From IMG/VR virus record IMGVR_UViG_3300007352_000015: 53,893 nt of DNA. The stretch is one strand, 5' to 3'. Shown piece after piece: positions 14,453 to 23,314 of the stretch; positions within the stretch are counted from its first letter, which is position 1, and each line of letters opens with the position of its first letter. Position numbers and translations under genes: made by a program. Under the pieces are notes generated by a model, which saw only the letters and a program-made list of their open reading frames with translations, did no database searches and had not been told where the DNA came from. The stretch is from a virus (lineage: Duplodnaviria > Caudoviricetes).

Positions 14453-17023
14453 ATGAAGAAACTCGTCGTACTCGTTCTGCTGCTGTTCGCCTGTCCGTTG
14501 CAGGCGCAGGTCACAAGCGCCACTGTAGCAATACTTGATTCCGCAGCCACGCGCCGTTCTGTAAAGTATGCCGATGCTTCATACGCGGTCGCACGAAACG
14601 CTACGGTTGGCGAAGCGACGGCAACCGAGTTCGCGGTTTTTAATGCGGACACGACCGTCACCGATTATACCGTGTCTCGCGGCTTCCTGATGCTTGATTT
14701 GACGGATTTGACGCCAGCCGTCAGGGTTGACTCGGCCCGGTTGTTCATGTACTTATTGGGCGATCCAATAGATTTCCAGGACAGCGACTCCACTCACGTT
14801 GTCGAGGGCACTTACACCGGGGGTTATGAAGCTTCAGATACTATTAGCACCGCATGGTACAGTCAATTCACTGGATGGACGGATTCATCGGCGTATGGCG
14901 TCGTTAATTACACAGAACCATTTGTTCAGGATACAAGTGATAATGGCTGGCAGAGCCGGTTATTCACGCAGGCCGGACTCGATACGCTCCTCAGTAAAAT
15001 CGGGGCAGATACAATCAGGATGGCCCTGCTGAATGGTCAAGACATTGCCAACTACACTCCGACTTCGGCGACGCAGGGGTTAACCAGTTGGCGTTCCACG
15101 CCCGCAAACTCGCTGCCATACCTTACTATCTATTATCGATCCGCCGCTTATGATACTGTCGTTTCCGCATCGAGCGGCGGACTGCTCCTGAACGCCGATA
15201 CCACGTTAGATTACCAAGTTCACGATTCAACCCACGCGTCCAGCGTCTCTACGACAACCATGAATATCGGATACCGAACGGGCGGCAATGGCAAGTATCA
15301 TGTCAACCGGACGGCCCTGACGTTTGCAACCGATCAACTGACATGGGCCGACTCCATTGTTTCTGCATCATTATTTATATATCCTACTATTGTGGTCGAT
15401 TCGCTGGATATCGTTGTCGGAGAAGGGACGTTCAGCGGAGCAATTGCCACCGACTGGTTCAACGACTTCACCGGATGGGTGGATGGCGCACCCTACACGG
15501 CGATGAATGTGTTTGTTGACAGCACCAGAATAGCAAGTACGGATACGTCGAGTTGGGTTGAATTGCCACTTACTACGGCTGGCAAGGCGGCCTTGCTGGC
15601 GGCGATGGCTAATGACAGCCTACGGATGATGATCTTGTCATCTATGGACGTCAACCGGTCGGACTTTCCGACCGACTCCAGCCGGTGGGGTGTCATTTCA
15701 GCTACCACATACAAGCCGTATCTTATGATAGACTACACCACGCTGGCCCCGCCAGCGGTTATAACCAACAAGGATGTGGACACCACGTTCTTTGTCGGTG
15801 GCAACGTCTATGCCACGCTTGGCGCGAGAATAGACTCTGTAGGGGATGGTCTGGACAGCGTAGGTTTCCGCTACTATCTGGTAGGCGATGCTGGCAATCC
15901 GCTCTATACCGTTTCCGATTCGAGCGGTGCCACATGGGTTTCCGATTCCTTTTTCCTCAACACATCCAGCGCCGATACCCTGACAATTGATACATTTTAT
16001 GTCGTAACCGCATTTGCTGTCAACAGAGCGAATCGAATTTACAGTACGGTCAACGATACCATTAGTACGGAATACGCTATCTCCACTCTCTGGGAAACGA
16101 TATCGACACTACCGGAGGACAGTATCATCGCCAATCCAGTGCGGGCGATCTGGCCGGATGCGATTGACCGCCTATGGTTCGGCACCGCTATGGGACTTTA
16201 CCGGCAAGACAGCGATACGACGATAGCGCGGTATGTATATGATGATTCATCCTTCGCGCAGAAAAGTAGAAACAACATACTCGCTGGCATCGGGTTGCCA
16301 GACAGTACGATATTCACCGGTTCCCCGGTCGGCCTTACCCGCCACGATACACTCTCTTTCACTTCCGACTCGTTAATTACCGAAGGCATTATCCCTGATA
16401 GCGTTGTATGGACACTGGTACCCGACAGTGGCGGCGTATCTCAGGCGTGGGTCGCCAACGGCATGGGCTACGTCTATATCTTCGGCGATACCGTGGAAAC
16501 CGTATTCGATTCCGACAGCGGACTGATCGGCGACAGGGTATACGATGTGGCCTTTGACTCCACCAGTTCGGCGTGGCTGGCGACCGACAACGGCGTGAGC
16601 CGCATCATAGGCGGCTACTGGATAGACTATACTACTACCAATAGTTGGATTAACGGCAACGTGAACTATGCGATAGCGATTTGCGGCGTTGATTCCAGCA
16701 TCTGGTTCGGTGGCGATGATGGCCTTGTCCAATTCGATAACGACACTACATGGACGGATTGGAGCGATAGCCTTGTTAACCGCAGGGTGAAGGATATCGT
16801 CTACGATAATGTCAACCTTGTTTTGTGGATCGCCACGGATTCGGGGCTTGTGGCGTATCAGCCAGACACGCCCAATGGCGTCAGTTGGCGCAGGTACTAT
16901 CCGGCGAGCACGAGTGACAGTCTGCCGCAGTACCGGATACTCAGCGTCTATCCAGACACAGCAGGCCGCGTCTGGGTCGGGCATTCTGCGGGTGTAACGA
17001 GATTGACGGAGACCTTTAACTAA
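14453..17023 (+). CDS. Sec-exported 856-aa protein: two repeated beta-sandwich domains, an FnIII-like domain and a C-terminal beta-propeller
   Basis: Signal peptide MKKLVVLVLLLFACPLQA-Q; internal repeat R..L....L......SA.LF.Y...EGT...W...FTGW.D; propeller blades LWFGT..GL, AWLATDNGV, IWFGGDDGL, LWIATDSGL. Confidence 0.75.
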   Translation: MKKLVVLVLLLFACPLQAQVTSATVAILDSAATRRSVKYADASYAVARNATVGEATATEFAVFNADTTVTDYTVSRGFLMLDLTDLTPAVRVDSARLFMYLLGDPIDFQDSDSTHVVEGTYTGGYEASDTISTAWYSQFTGWTDSSAYGVVNYTEPFVQDTSDNGWQSRLFTQAGLDTLLSKIGADTIRMALLNGQDIANYTPTSATQGLTSWRSTPANSLPYLTIYYRSAAYDTVVSASSGGLLLNADTTLDYQVHDSTHASSVSTTTMNIGYRTGGNGKYHVNRTALTFATDQLTWADSIVSASLFIYPTIVVDSLDIVVGEGTFSGAIATDWFNDFTGWVDGAPYTAMNVFVDSTRIASTDTSSWVELPLTTAGKAALLAAMANDSLRMMILSSMDVNRSDFPTDSSRWGVISATTYKPYLMIDYTTLAPPAVITNKDVDTTFFVGGNVYATLGARIDSVGDGLDSVGFRYYLVGDAGNPLYTVSDSSGATWVSDSFFLNTSSADTLTIDTFYVVTAFAVNRANRIYSTVNDTISTEYAISTLWETISTLPEDSIIANPVRAIWPDAIDRLWFGTAMGLYRQDSDTTIARYVYDDSSFAQKSRNNILAGIGLPDSTIFTGSPVGLTRHDTLSFTSDSLITEGIIPDSVVWTLVPDSGGVSQAWVANGMGYVYIFGDTVETVFDSDSGLIGDRVYDVAFDSTSSAWLATDNGVSRIIGGYWIDYTTTNSWINGNVNYAIAICGVDSSIWFGGDDGLVQFDNDTTWTDWSDSLVNRRVKDIVYDNVNLVLWIATDSGLVAYQPDTPNGVSWRRYYPASTSDSLPQYRILSVYPDTAGRVWVGHSAGVTRLTETFN

Positions 17024-18525
17024 TGGCCTTCAAAGCTACAGCCGATGACGTGAAGCTCGGCGAGTATATGATGCAATTTTTTTATGATCCATTGGGTCAT
17101 GTTATGGCATCGTATCCTTGGGGGCAGTCGGGCACTCCACTTGAAAACGAAGAGGGGCCAGATACATGGCAATCCAAGTTTCTCGTAGACCTTGGCAGGC
17201 ATATAGAGGAGGTGGCGGATGGCAAGCGCTCAAATGTCAAAATGGCCGTGGCGTCGGGCTGGGGCATCGGAAAAACTTGTCTTGTGGCGTGGCTGATTAG
17301 ATGGTTCTGCGACACTCGCCCATATCCGCAGTTAGTAGTAACCGCAAACACTGAAAAGCAGTTAAGTACGAAGACTTGGCGTGAACTTGCCAAGTGGAAT
17401 AATATGGCGCTTAACGGCCACTTGTGGGACTGGACTGCAACCTCGTATCGTCTCAAGGGCAACGAGGACACGTGGTACGCTTCTGCAATTCCGTGGTCGG
17501 AACATAACGCGCAGGCGTTCGCCGGTACGCACGAAAAATACGTTATGATGATTTTTGATGAAGGCTCGACAATCCATGATAACATCTGGAACATTGGTAA
17601 CGGCGTAATGACTACGAAGGGGGCCGTTTGGCTTGCCTTCGGGAACCCGACACAAAACACCGGCCAATTTCATGCGATTTTCCATAAAGAGCGGGACATT
17701 TGGGATACTCGCTCAATAGATTCGCGTACCGCGAAAGTCACAAACAAAGAGGAACTTAATCGGCGTGTTGCCCTTTATGGGGAGGATGATGATGTTATCC
17801 GAGTGTCTATCCTCGGCAAATTCCCGAAGCGTTCCAGTATGCAATTTATTTCCAGTGCACTTGTTGAAGGAGCGCTGGAACGTGAGCATAAACTCGATTC
17901 TTATCGTCACGCGGCTAAAGTTATCGCAGTGGATGTGGCACGGTTTGGGGATGACTCTACTGTATTTTGTTGCCGCAAGGGCGTCAAGCTATTGTGGATG
18001 AAGGGGTTCCACGGGATAGACACAATGCAGACCGCGCAGTTGCTCGCCAAGTATGAGGATGAAGAGCGCGATGTTGATGCAATTTTTGTCGATGTTGTCG
18101 GCATCGGCGCTGGTGTGGTTGATCGGGGCAGGCAATTGGGCCGTCGGTGGATGGAGCACAATGGTGCGCACGCCTCGTCTGATGGCAAATGGTCGAACAA
18201 GCGTGCGCAGTGCTGGGGAGAAATGCGCGATTGGCTGGAAGTGGGGGATATGACGACCCTGTCTCAAAAAGACAAAGATGTAATGACCGACGACCTGACC
18301 GGCCCAATGTATGGATTTGATCGGGTTGAAAGACTCATCCTTGAGAAAAAAGAAGATATGAAAAAACGGGATTTAGCCTCGCCGGACTGGGGTGACGCCT
18401 TAGCTATGACCTTCACTCAGAAAGTTATCCCGCAACACATGCTGGAAGATGAGTACGACTACGCCGAGGCCGAGCGGCAGCGTATGCGGGCTGACAGAAC
18501 CAGAAGCATGATAACCGGATATTGA
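17023..18525 (+). CDS. terL: Terminase large subunit
   Basis: Walker A SGWGIGKT, Walker B MIFDEG, FGNP coupling motif, nuclease VDVARFGDD and SPDWGDALA. Confidence 0.95.
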   Translation: MAFKATADDVKLGEYMMQFFYDPLGHVMASYPWGQSGTPLENEEGPDTWQSKFLVDLGRHIEEVADGKRSNVKMAVASGWGIGKTCLVAWLIRWFCDTRPYPQLVVTANTEKQLSTKTWRELAKWNNMALNGHLWDWTATSYRLKGNEDTWYASAIPWSEHNAQAFAGTHEKYVMMIFDEGSTIHDNIWNIGNGVMTTKGAVWLAFGNPTQNTGQFHAIFHKERDIWDTRSIDSRTAKVTNKEELNRRVALYGEDDDVIRVSILGKFPKRSSMQFISSALVEGALEREHKLDSYRHAAKVIAVDVARFGDDSTVFCCRKGVKLLWMKGFHGIDTMQTAQLLAKYEDEERDVDAIFVDVVGIGAGVVDRGRQLGRRWMEHNGAHASSDGKWSNKRAQCWGEMRDWLEVGDMTTLSQKDKDVMTDDLTGPMYGFDRVERLILEKKEDMKKRDLASPDWGDALAMTFTQKVIPQHMLEDEYDYAEAERQRMRADRTRSMITGY

Positions 18526-18557
18526 TGTCTTTTTATATTCTAACAAGGACGTAACGC

Positions 18558-20564
18558 ATGGCGACAACGGAAGTTGCGGATCGCAAGAAGGTGGCCCGGA
18601 ACACCAAGGTCAAGAAACTGCTTGAGTATACCGGGATGCTGAATGTCGCCGACTCGCTCAAGGAAGAAGAGTTGCGCGAGATCGGCGTGCTTGTAGCCGA
18701 AGAGTACGAGATCGACAAGCAGAGCCGGGTTGAGTGGGAAGCCCAGATGGAGCAGGCCGAGAAGCTGGTGCGCCTGCTGATGCAGAAGAAAACGTGGCCG
18801 TGGGACGGCGCTTCTAATGCCATCTATCCCCTGCTGGCTCAGGCGTGTGTCCAGTTCAATAGCCGTAGCCTGCCGCTGATGATGAAGGGGCAGCGGGCCG
18901 TCAAGTGCAGGGTGAACGGGCCAGACCCGCAGGGAGCCAAGGCTAAGATCGCCTCGCTGGTTAGTGAGCACATGAGTTGGCAGCTTACGGATGAGATGGA
19001 GGACTGGATCGGCGAGAAGGATGCCATGCTCCTGTCGCTTCCTGCTTACGGCTGCGCTTTCCAGAAAGTCTACCGCGACATTCCGAACCAACGTAACGTC
19101 TCCGAATACTACAGTCCGCTGGACATAGTGATCCACTTTAAGGCCCGTAGCTTGTCGAGCGCCAAGCGGATTACGCATGTTTTTGAACTATCCAAGCGTG
19201 AGATAGTCGAGCGCCAGCGGGCGGGGCTGTACCTTGAGGATGTCGAACTCGGCCACGGTGACAGCGAAGCCAAGACCGGCGAACTGCGGGAGAAGGAACC
19301 ATCATACGTCATCCTCGAACAGCACCGTTGGCTGGACTTGGACGACGATGATCTCGATGAACCTTATGTGGTTACTATTCATAAGGATAGCAAGAAAGTT
19401 CTGCGTATCAGGCCGCGTTTTAATGAGCAAGGTATCAGTATCACCGCTGATGAGAAGCGTATCGCCAAGATCAAGCCTATCCAGTATTTCGTGCGCTATC
19501 TTTTCATGCCTGCCCCGGATCGCAATATCTACGGATGGGGCTTCGGCCAACTGCTGCTGCATCCCAACCATATTCTGAACAGCATCATCAACCAGACTAT
19601 CGACAGCGGAACGTGGTACAATACGACCGCTGGCGTGGTGTCGCACGACATCGGCATCGGCCAGGGGACTGTCAGTTTCGCTCCGCATGAGTTGAAGGTC
19701 AGCCAGAATAACTTCGATGACATCACCAAGAAAATCTTCATGTTGCCCGCCCGTGAGCCGAGCATGGTCATGTATCAGGTGCTCGGCCTCCTGCTCGAAT
19801 CCTTTGAACGCCTTGGCAACAGCGTTGACGTACTGACCGGTGAGCACAGTACGGCCAATCAGCCAGCCAGCACTACGCTGGCCCTGATCGAGCAGGGCAT
19901 GAAGTTCTATAAGGCCGCGTCCGGCAGACTGTTCAAGGGACTGAAGGATGAGTTCCGGCTACTGTTCGACCTGAACGCCAAGCACATGTCCATGACGCAG
20001 GAGCAGTTCTTCCGCCTGTTCGAGACAGAGGATCGCGCCATCAGCGGCATGGCATACAACACCGAGTCGCTGGATGTGGTGCCGGTCGGAGCCGCCGAAG
20101 AGATTACAGTAGTGGAGAAACTCATCAAGGCCGAGCAGGGTCTTGCCGCCGCCAAGGAGATGGGCCTGCCGTGGCAGTACATGCGCGAGCACTACCGCCG
20201 CTACTATGACGCGCTGAACGTAGAAGATATCGATGCCATCCTGCCGCCGCCCGACTGGCAGCCAGCTCCTGATCCAAAGGCCGCAGCCGAACAGGCCAAG
20301 GTCGATATTCTGGCACAGGACTCCAAGCGCGAAGACCTGAGATTTGGTGTGGAACTAAAGAAGCTGCCGTATGAGCTTACGAAACTCAAGCTGGAACTTC
20401 TTGAGATGAAGGAAGATATTAAGAACAAGGGCATGAAGGAACAGGTCAACGCCGCCGTCAAGATCACTGCCGCCGAAACCAATCGCAAGAAGGTGGAGGC
20501 CGACAAAGCCAAGGCCGAAGCCGCCGCCAAGAAGCCTGCGGCCAGGAAGAAGGAGAGTAAATGA
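18558..20564 (+). CDS. Portal protein (P22-like, long helical C-terminus)
   Basis: Follows TerL; PWDGASN..YPLL..ACVQF, G.AFQKVY, ILEQHRWLDLDDD..DEPYVVT, YGWGFG motifs. Confidence 0.9.
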   Translation: MATTEVADRKKVARNTKVKKLLEYTGMLNVADSLKEEELREIGVLVAEEYEIDKQSRVEWEAQMEQAEKLVRLLMQKKTWPWDGASNAIYPLLAQACVQFNSRSLPLMMKGQRAVKCRVNGPDPQGAKAKIASLVSEHMSWQLTDEMEDWIGEKDAMLLSLPAYGCAFQKVYRDIPNQRNVSEYYSPLDIVIHFKARSLSSAKRITHVFELSKREIVERQRAGLYLEDVELGHGDSEAKTGELREKEPSYVILEQHRWLDLDDDDLDEPYVVTIHKDSKKVLRIRPRFNEQGISITADEKRIAKIKPIQYFVRYLFMPAPDRNIYGWGFGQLLLHPNHILNSIINQTIDSGTWYNTTAGVVSHDIGIGQGTVSFAPHELKVSQNNFDDITKKIFMLPAREPSMVMYQVLGLLLESFERLGNSVDVLTGEHSTANQPASTTLALIEQGMKFYKAASGRLFKGLKDEFRLLFDLNAKHMSMTQEQFFRLFETEDRAISGMAYNTESLDVVPVGAAEEITVVEKLIKAEQGLAAAKEMGLPWQYMREHYRRYYDALNVEDIDAILPPPDWQPAPDPKAAAEQAKVDILAQDSKREDLRFGVELKKLPYELTKLKLELLEMKEDIKNKGMKEQVNAAVKITAAETNRKKVEADKAKAEAAAKKPAARKKESK

Positions 20565-20920
20565 TAGTCAAGCAAAGCGAGTTCTCTGCGGGAGAACGAT
20601 TAGAGAAGGGCGCGGTTGTATATGAGCGAGATGGGAAGTTGTATCACGTTCCCGCTTCTATTGGGGTGGCGCTAAAGACGGTAGAAGCCGGAGAATTACC
20701 CGTTTGGATCAGGCCAGAAAATGTTATTGAGCACGGCCCCTGTCCCGCTGGCGAGAAGATATGGAGTGGCGATATCCTTTGTTGGCGAGATTCTCAAGTA
20801 TGCCCATCGCCAACATTCGCTGGAATAATACACGACGATGTTGATGAAGGCGATTATCCTACGATGATATTATTCACAATGGATGTGTTCGATGAATGTT
20901 TAGCCCGGAGCTTCGCATGA
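20561..20920 (+). CDS. Small protein with two AGE-x-x-x-G-(A/D) repeats (capsid cement/DUF2190-like)
   Basis: AGERLEKGAVVY...IGVA and AGEKIWSGDILCW...FAGII. Confidence 0.45.
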   Translation: MIVKQSEFSAGERLEKGAVVYERDGKLYHVPASIGVALKTVEAGELPVWIRPENVIEHGPCPAGEKIWSGDILCWRDSQVCPSPTFAGIIHDDVDEGDYPTMILFTMDVFDECLARSFA

Positions 20921-21150
20921 TTATAGTCCAAGGTATCCGCAGGGATGAGCTTCAGCAGTGGAAGGGCAGCCAGATGACACAGGCCATCTTCAAGGCCATA
21001 GCCGACAAGCTGGACATGAAGCGCAGGGATTCAGGGCGTGGCGTCGGTCTCGATGTTGAGAACGCCGACAAGACGCAGGCGAACTCGTTCAGGGCATACG
21101 GCTATTGCGAGGCGCTGGATGAGGTGTTGAACCTGACCACGGGCGACTAA
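20917..21150 (+). CDS. Small helical protein of the portal-adjacent type
   Basis: ATGA overlap; ELQQWKGSQMTQAIF...GYCEALDEVL. Confidence 0.6.
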   Translation: MIIVQGIRRDELQQWKGSQMTQAIFKAIADKLDMKRRDSGRGVGLDVENADKTQANSFRAYGYCEALDEVLNLTTGD

Positions 21151-21218
21151 GACGACATCCTTATCCTTTTATCAGAAATCTCTTGACTTTTGGCTAACAA
21201 CTTATTATAGGTAATTAG

Positions 21219-21386
21219 ATGACACGGTCTGAACTTTATAAGTTGATTCAGGACAAGGTTGATGCCGAGGTCGGCAACCGGACTACCGGGGACTTGTCGT
21301 TCAAGATAAGGTTGCAGGAGGGTGGCATCAGGCAAGTTGAAGCGCATCTTGTTCAAGCGCTGAAGGTTGCGATAGTAAGAGGATAA
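21219..21386 (+). CDS. 55-aa hypothetical protein, possibly leaderless
   Basis: MTRSELYKLIQDKV...GDLSFKIRLQEGGIRQVE, just downstream of TTGACT at 21183. Confidence 0.45.
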   Translation: MTRSELYKLIQDKVDAEVGNRTTGDLSFKIRLQEGGIRQVEAHLVQALKVAIVRG

Positions 21387-21462
21387 AACTTTCCAAGAAA
21401 AACATACTACTTTTTCTTACTGGAGACAAGGTGGACTCATCAAGTAGTGGCTATCTAAATGC

Positions 21463-21548
21463 GGAGGGCCGGACACTGGTGCGTCAAACTGTCTCGAAAA
21501 CAGCCGCCGGTTAAACGGTTGTAGGTTCGACTCCTACGCCCTCCGCCA
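21463..21548 (+). tRNA. tRNA-Ser(CGA)
   Basis: Acceptor GGAGGGC/GCCCTCC-G-CCA, anticodon loop CT-CGA-AA, long variable arm, GTTCGACTC T loop. Confidence 0.9.
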
Positions 21549-21551
21549 TAA

Positions 21552-21637
21552 GGAAGGGTGCCCGAATGGTAAGGAGTCGCACTGCTAATGCGATAAGGCT
21601 AACTGCCGTACAGGTTCAAGTCCTGTCCCTTCCGCCA
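21552..21637 (+). tRNA. tRNA-Ser(GCT)
   Basis: Acceptor GGAAGGG/CCCTTCC-G-CCA, TCGCA-CTGCTAA-TGCGA anticodon arm. Confidence 0.92.
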
Positions 21638-21647
21638 TATTGAATCG

Positions 21648-21730
21648 GGAGCGGACGCCTAATTGGTATGGCAGCGGGCTGTAACCCCGTGGTCTCTGAC
21701 ATGCAGGTTCAAATCCTGCCCGCTTCACCA
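21648..21730 (+). tRNA. tRNA-Tyr(GTA)
   Basis: Acceptor GGAGCGG/CCGCTTC-A-CCA, GCGGG-CTGTAAC-CCCGT anticodon arm. Confidence 0.9.
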
Positions 21731-21737
21731 GTGATAG

Positions 21738-21940
21738 ACTCATCTGCCAGCCAGTAAATGGCGTAAGCGCAGAAGGAGATCGGGTTGCGCTCTGCGGCAA
21801 CCCGCAACATACCGTGGCAGCGGATAAGGCCAATCCGTATTGCGCGCAGGGTGCGGGCCGCGACTGCGGTCGCGGTCGGCCCGACCAAACATAACGCAGT
21901 AGCAGTCCGCTGCTAAGATAACCCGCTCGTGCAGGGCGGC
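21738..21940 (+). ncRNA. Candidate structured RNA after the tRNA cluster
   Basis: Stems 21781-21788/21797-21804 and 21815-21824/21906-21915 enclosing further helices. Confidence 0.4.
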
Positions 21941-21947
21941 TTTACCG

Positions 21948-21986
21948 AAGCCCGGATGGAGAGGCAACTCTCTGTTCGGGCTTTTT
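21948..21986 (+). terminator. Intrinsic terminator
   Basis: AAGCCCGGATGGAGAG-GCAA-CTCTCTGTTCGGGCTT followed by T run. Confidence 0.75.
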
Positions 21987-22016
21987 CCATTTACACCTTT
22001 TCAGAAGGATCAGCAG

Positions 22017-22391
22017 ATGCAGACAACTTCCGAACTAACCCGCAAGACGATGAAGATGAGAACGGCGGATGCGCCCCCCGGAGAACCGGCGGGACACCGG
22101 CTGCTTATCAAAATCGTCAATGAGGAGAAGCGCACTCGCGGTAATATCATCATACCCGCAGAGGACAAGCGCGCCTGCGAGACCGGCCAAGTGCTGGTGG
22201 TAGGGCGCAATGCTTTCCTCGGCTACGGCAATGACGATCCGTGGTGCGAAGCAGGCGACATGATTCACTTCGTTCGGCATTCCGGTAAGGACGTCAAGTT
22301 TGTTGACGACCTGAATGAATACCGCGTAATCAACGATGAAGATGTGTACTATGTCCTGAGCGGCAATGGTTCGGGAGGGCAGAATGGCTGA
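22017..22391 (+). CDS. groES: GroES-like co-chaperonin
   Basis: PAGHRLLIK...EKRTRGNIIIP...GQVLVVG...GDMIHF..HSG...YRVINDEDV. Confidence 0.85.
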   Translation: MQTTSELTRKTMKMRTADAPPGEPAGHRLLIKIVNEEKRTRGNIIIPAEDKRACETGQVLVVGRNAFLGYGNDDPWCEAGDMIHFVRHSGKDVKFVDDLNEYRVINDEDVYYVLSGNGSGGQNG

Positions 22392-23310
22392 TACCGAGAC
22401 GAAAGAGACGATAGTAACCGAAGCGGCTGTGGAAGGCAACGAAGATAACTACGGCGGATTCGATTCCGAAGACCCTGTAGTCAAGATTGCCGAGAGCCAC
22501 GGTTGGCTGTCGAAAGATAAATACAAGGGCGATGCCGAGAAGTGGACTACGCCCGACAAGTATATCAACGCGCAGTGGGACATCAACGATGCGACCAAGA
22601 ACAGCAACAAACGTCTTGAGCGCACCGTGGAACAGCTTGAGAAGCAGCTTTCCAAAATCTCCCGTGGCTACGAGGAGATGAACAAGCGGGAGCAGAACAA
22701 GGTACAGTCTGAACTGAAAGAACTGCGCAAGCAGGCCATCGAGGAAGGCGATGCTGCGAAGGTCGATCAGATTGATGAACAGATTGAAACTCTGAAGCAG
22801 GGTGATGCTGGCGGCGGGGAGCCTGCCGTACATCCTGCCGTGGATGAATGGATGGGGCAGAACGAGTGGTATCGTCCGGGCGGTAAGGGTGCTCCGGCTG
22901 AAGTACAGGACATTGTGGAACTGGTCGAGGAACTTAACGGTCTCGATGAGTATTCCAAACTCTCGCCGCAGTTCCGGCTGGCGAAAATCGACCGAGAGGT
23001 CGCTTCTTACGTTGAGATGCGGCGTCCCGATCTGATCGGCAAGTACAAGTTCAACGGCATCAAGCCTGCGACTGTGAACGGCAAGGCGGCTCCGAAGGCC
23101 GATGATGATGATGATACCGGAAAGACCCGCAGGTCAATCTCTGATGTCGAGGGCAATGTAACCCGTGGCGGGCGTGGGGCAAAGGGCATCAGCTACGACA
23201 GCCTGAACGAGACCGAGAAGGCCATGTGTGATTCGCAGACCAGGGCCATTCCGGGCTATACGAAGGAAGAGTGGCTGAAGGACTACGCGATGCAGAAAGC
23301 GAGAGGGTAG
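22384..23310 (+). CDS. Capsid scaffolding protein
   Basis: Acidic coiled coil, GW..K..YKGD..KW and W...NEWY motifs, upstream of MCP; start at 22384. Confidence 0.7.
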   Translation: MADTETKETIVTEAAVEGNEDNYGGFDSEDPVVKIAESHGWLSKDKYKGDAEKWTTPDKYINAQWDINDATKNSNKRLERTVEQLEKQLSKISRGYEEMNKREQNKVQSELKELRKQAIEEGDAAKVDQIDEQIETLKQGDAGGGEPAVHPAVDEWMGQNEWYRPGGKGAPAEVQDIVELVEELNGLDEYSKLSPQFRLAKIDREVASYVEMRRPDLIGKYKFNGIKPATVNGKAAPKADDDDDTGKTRRSISDVEGNVTRGGRGAKGISYDSLNETEKAMCDSQTRAIPGYTKEEWLKDYAMQKARG

Positions 23311-23314
23311 AACC

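Noticed and set aside
14453-17023. Hybrid two-component sensor (propeller resembles Reg_prop)
   Set aside because: No transmembrane helix, kinase or receiver domain after the propeller
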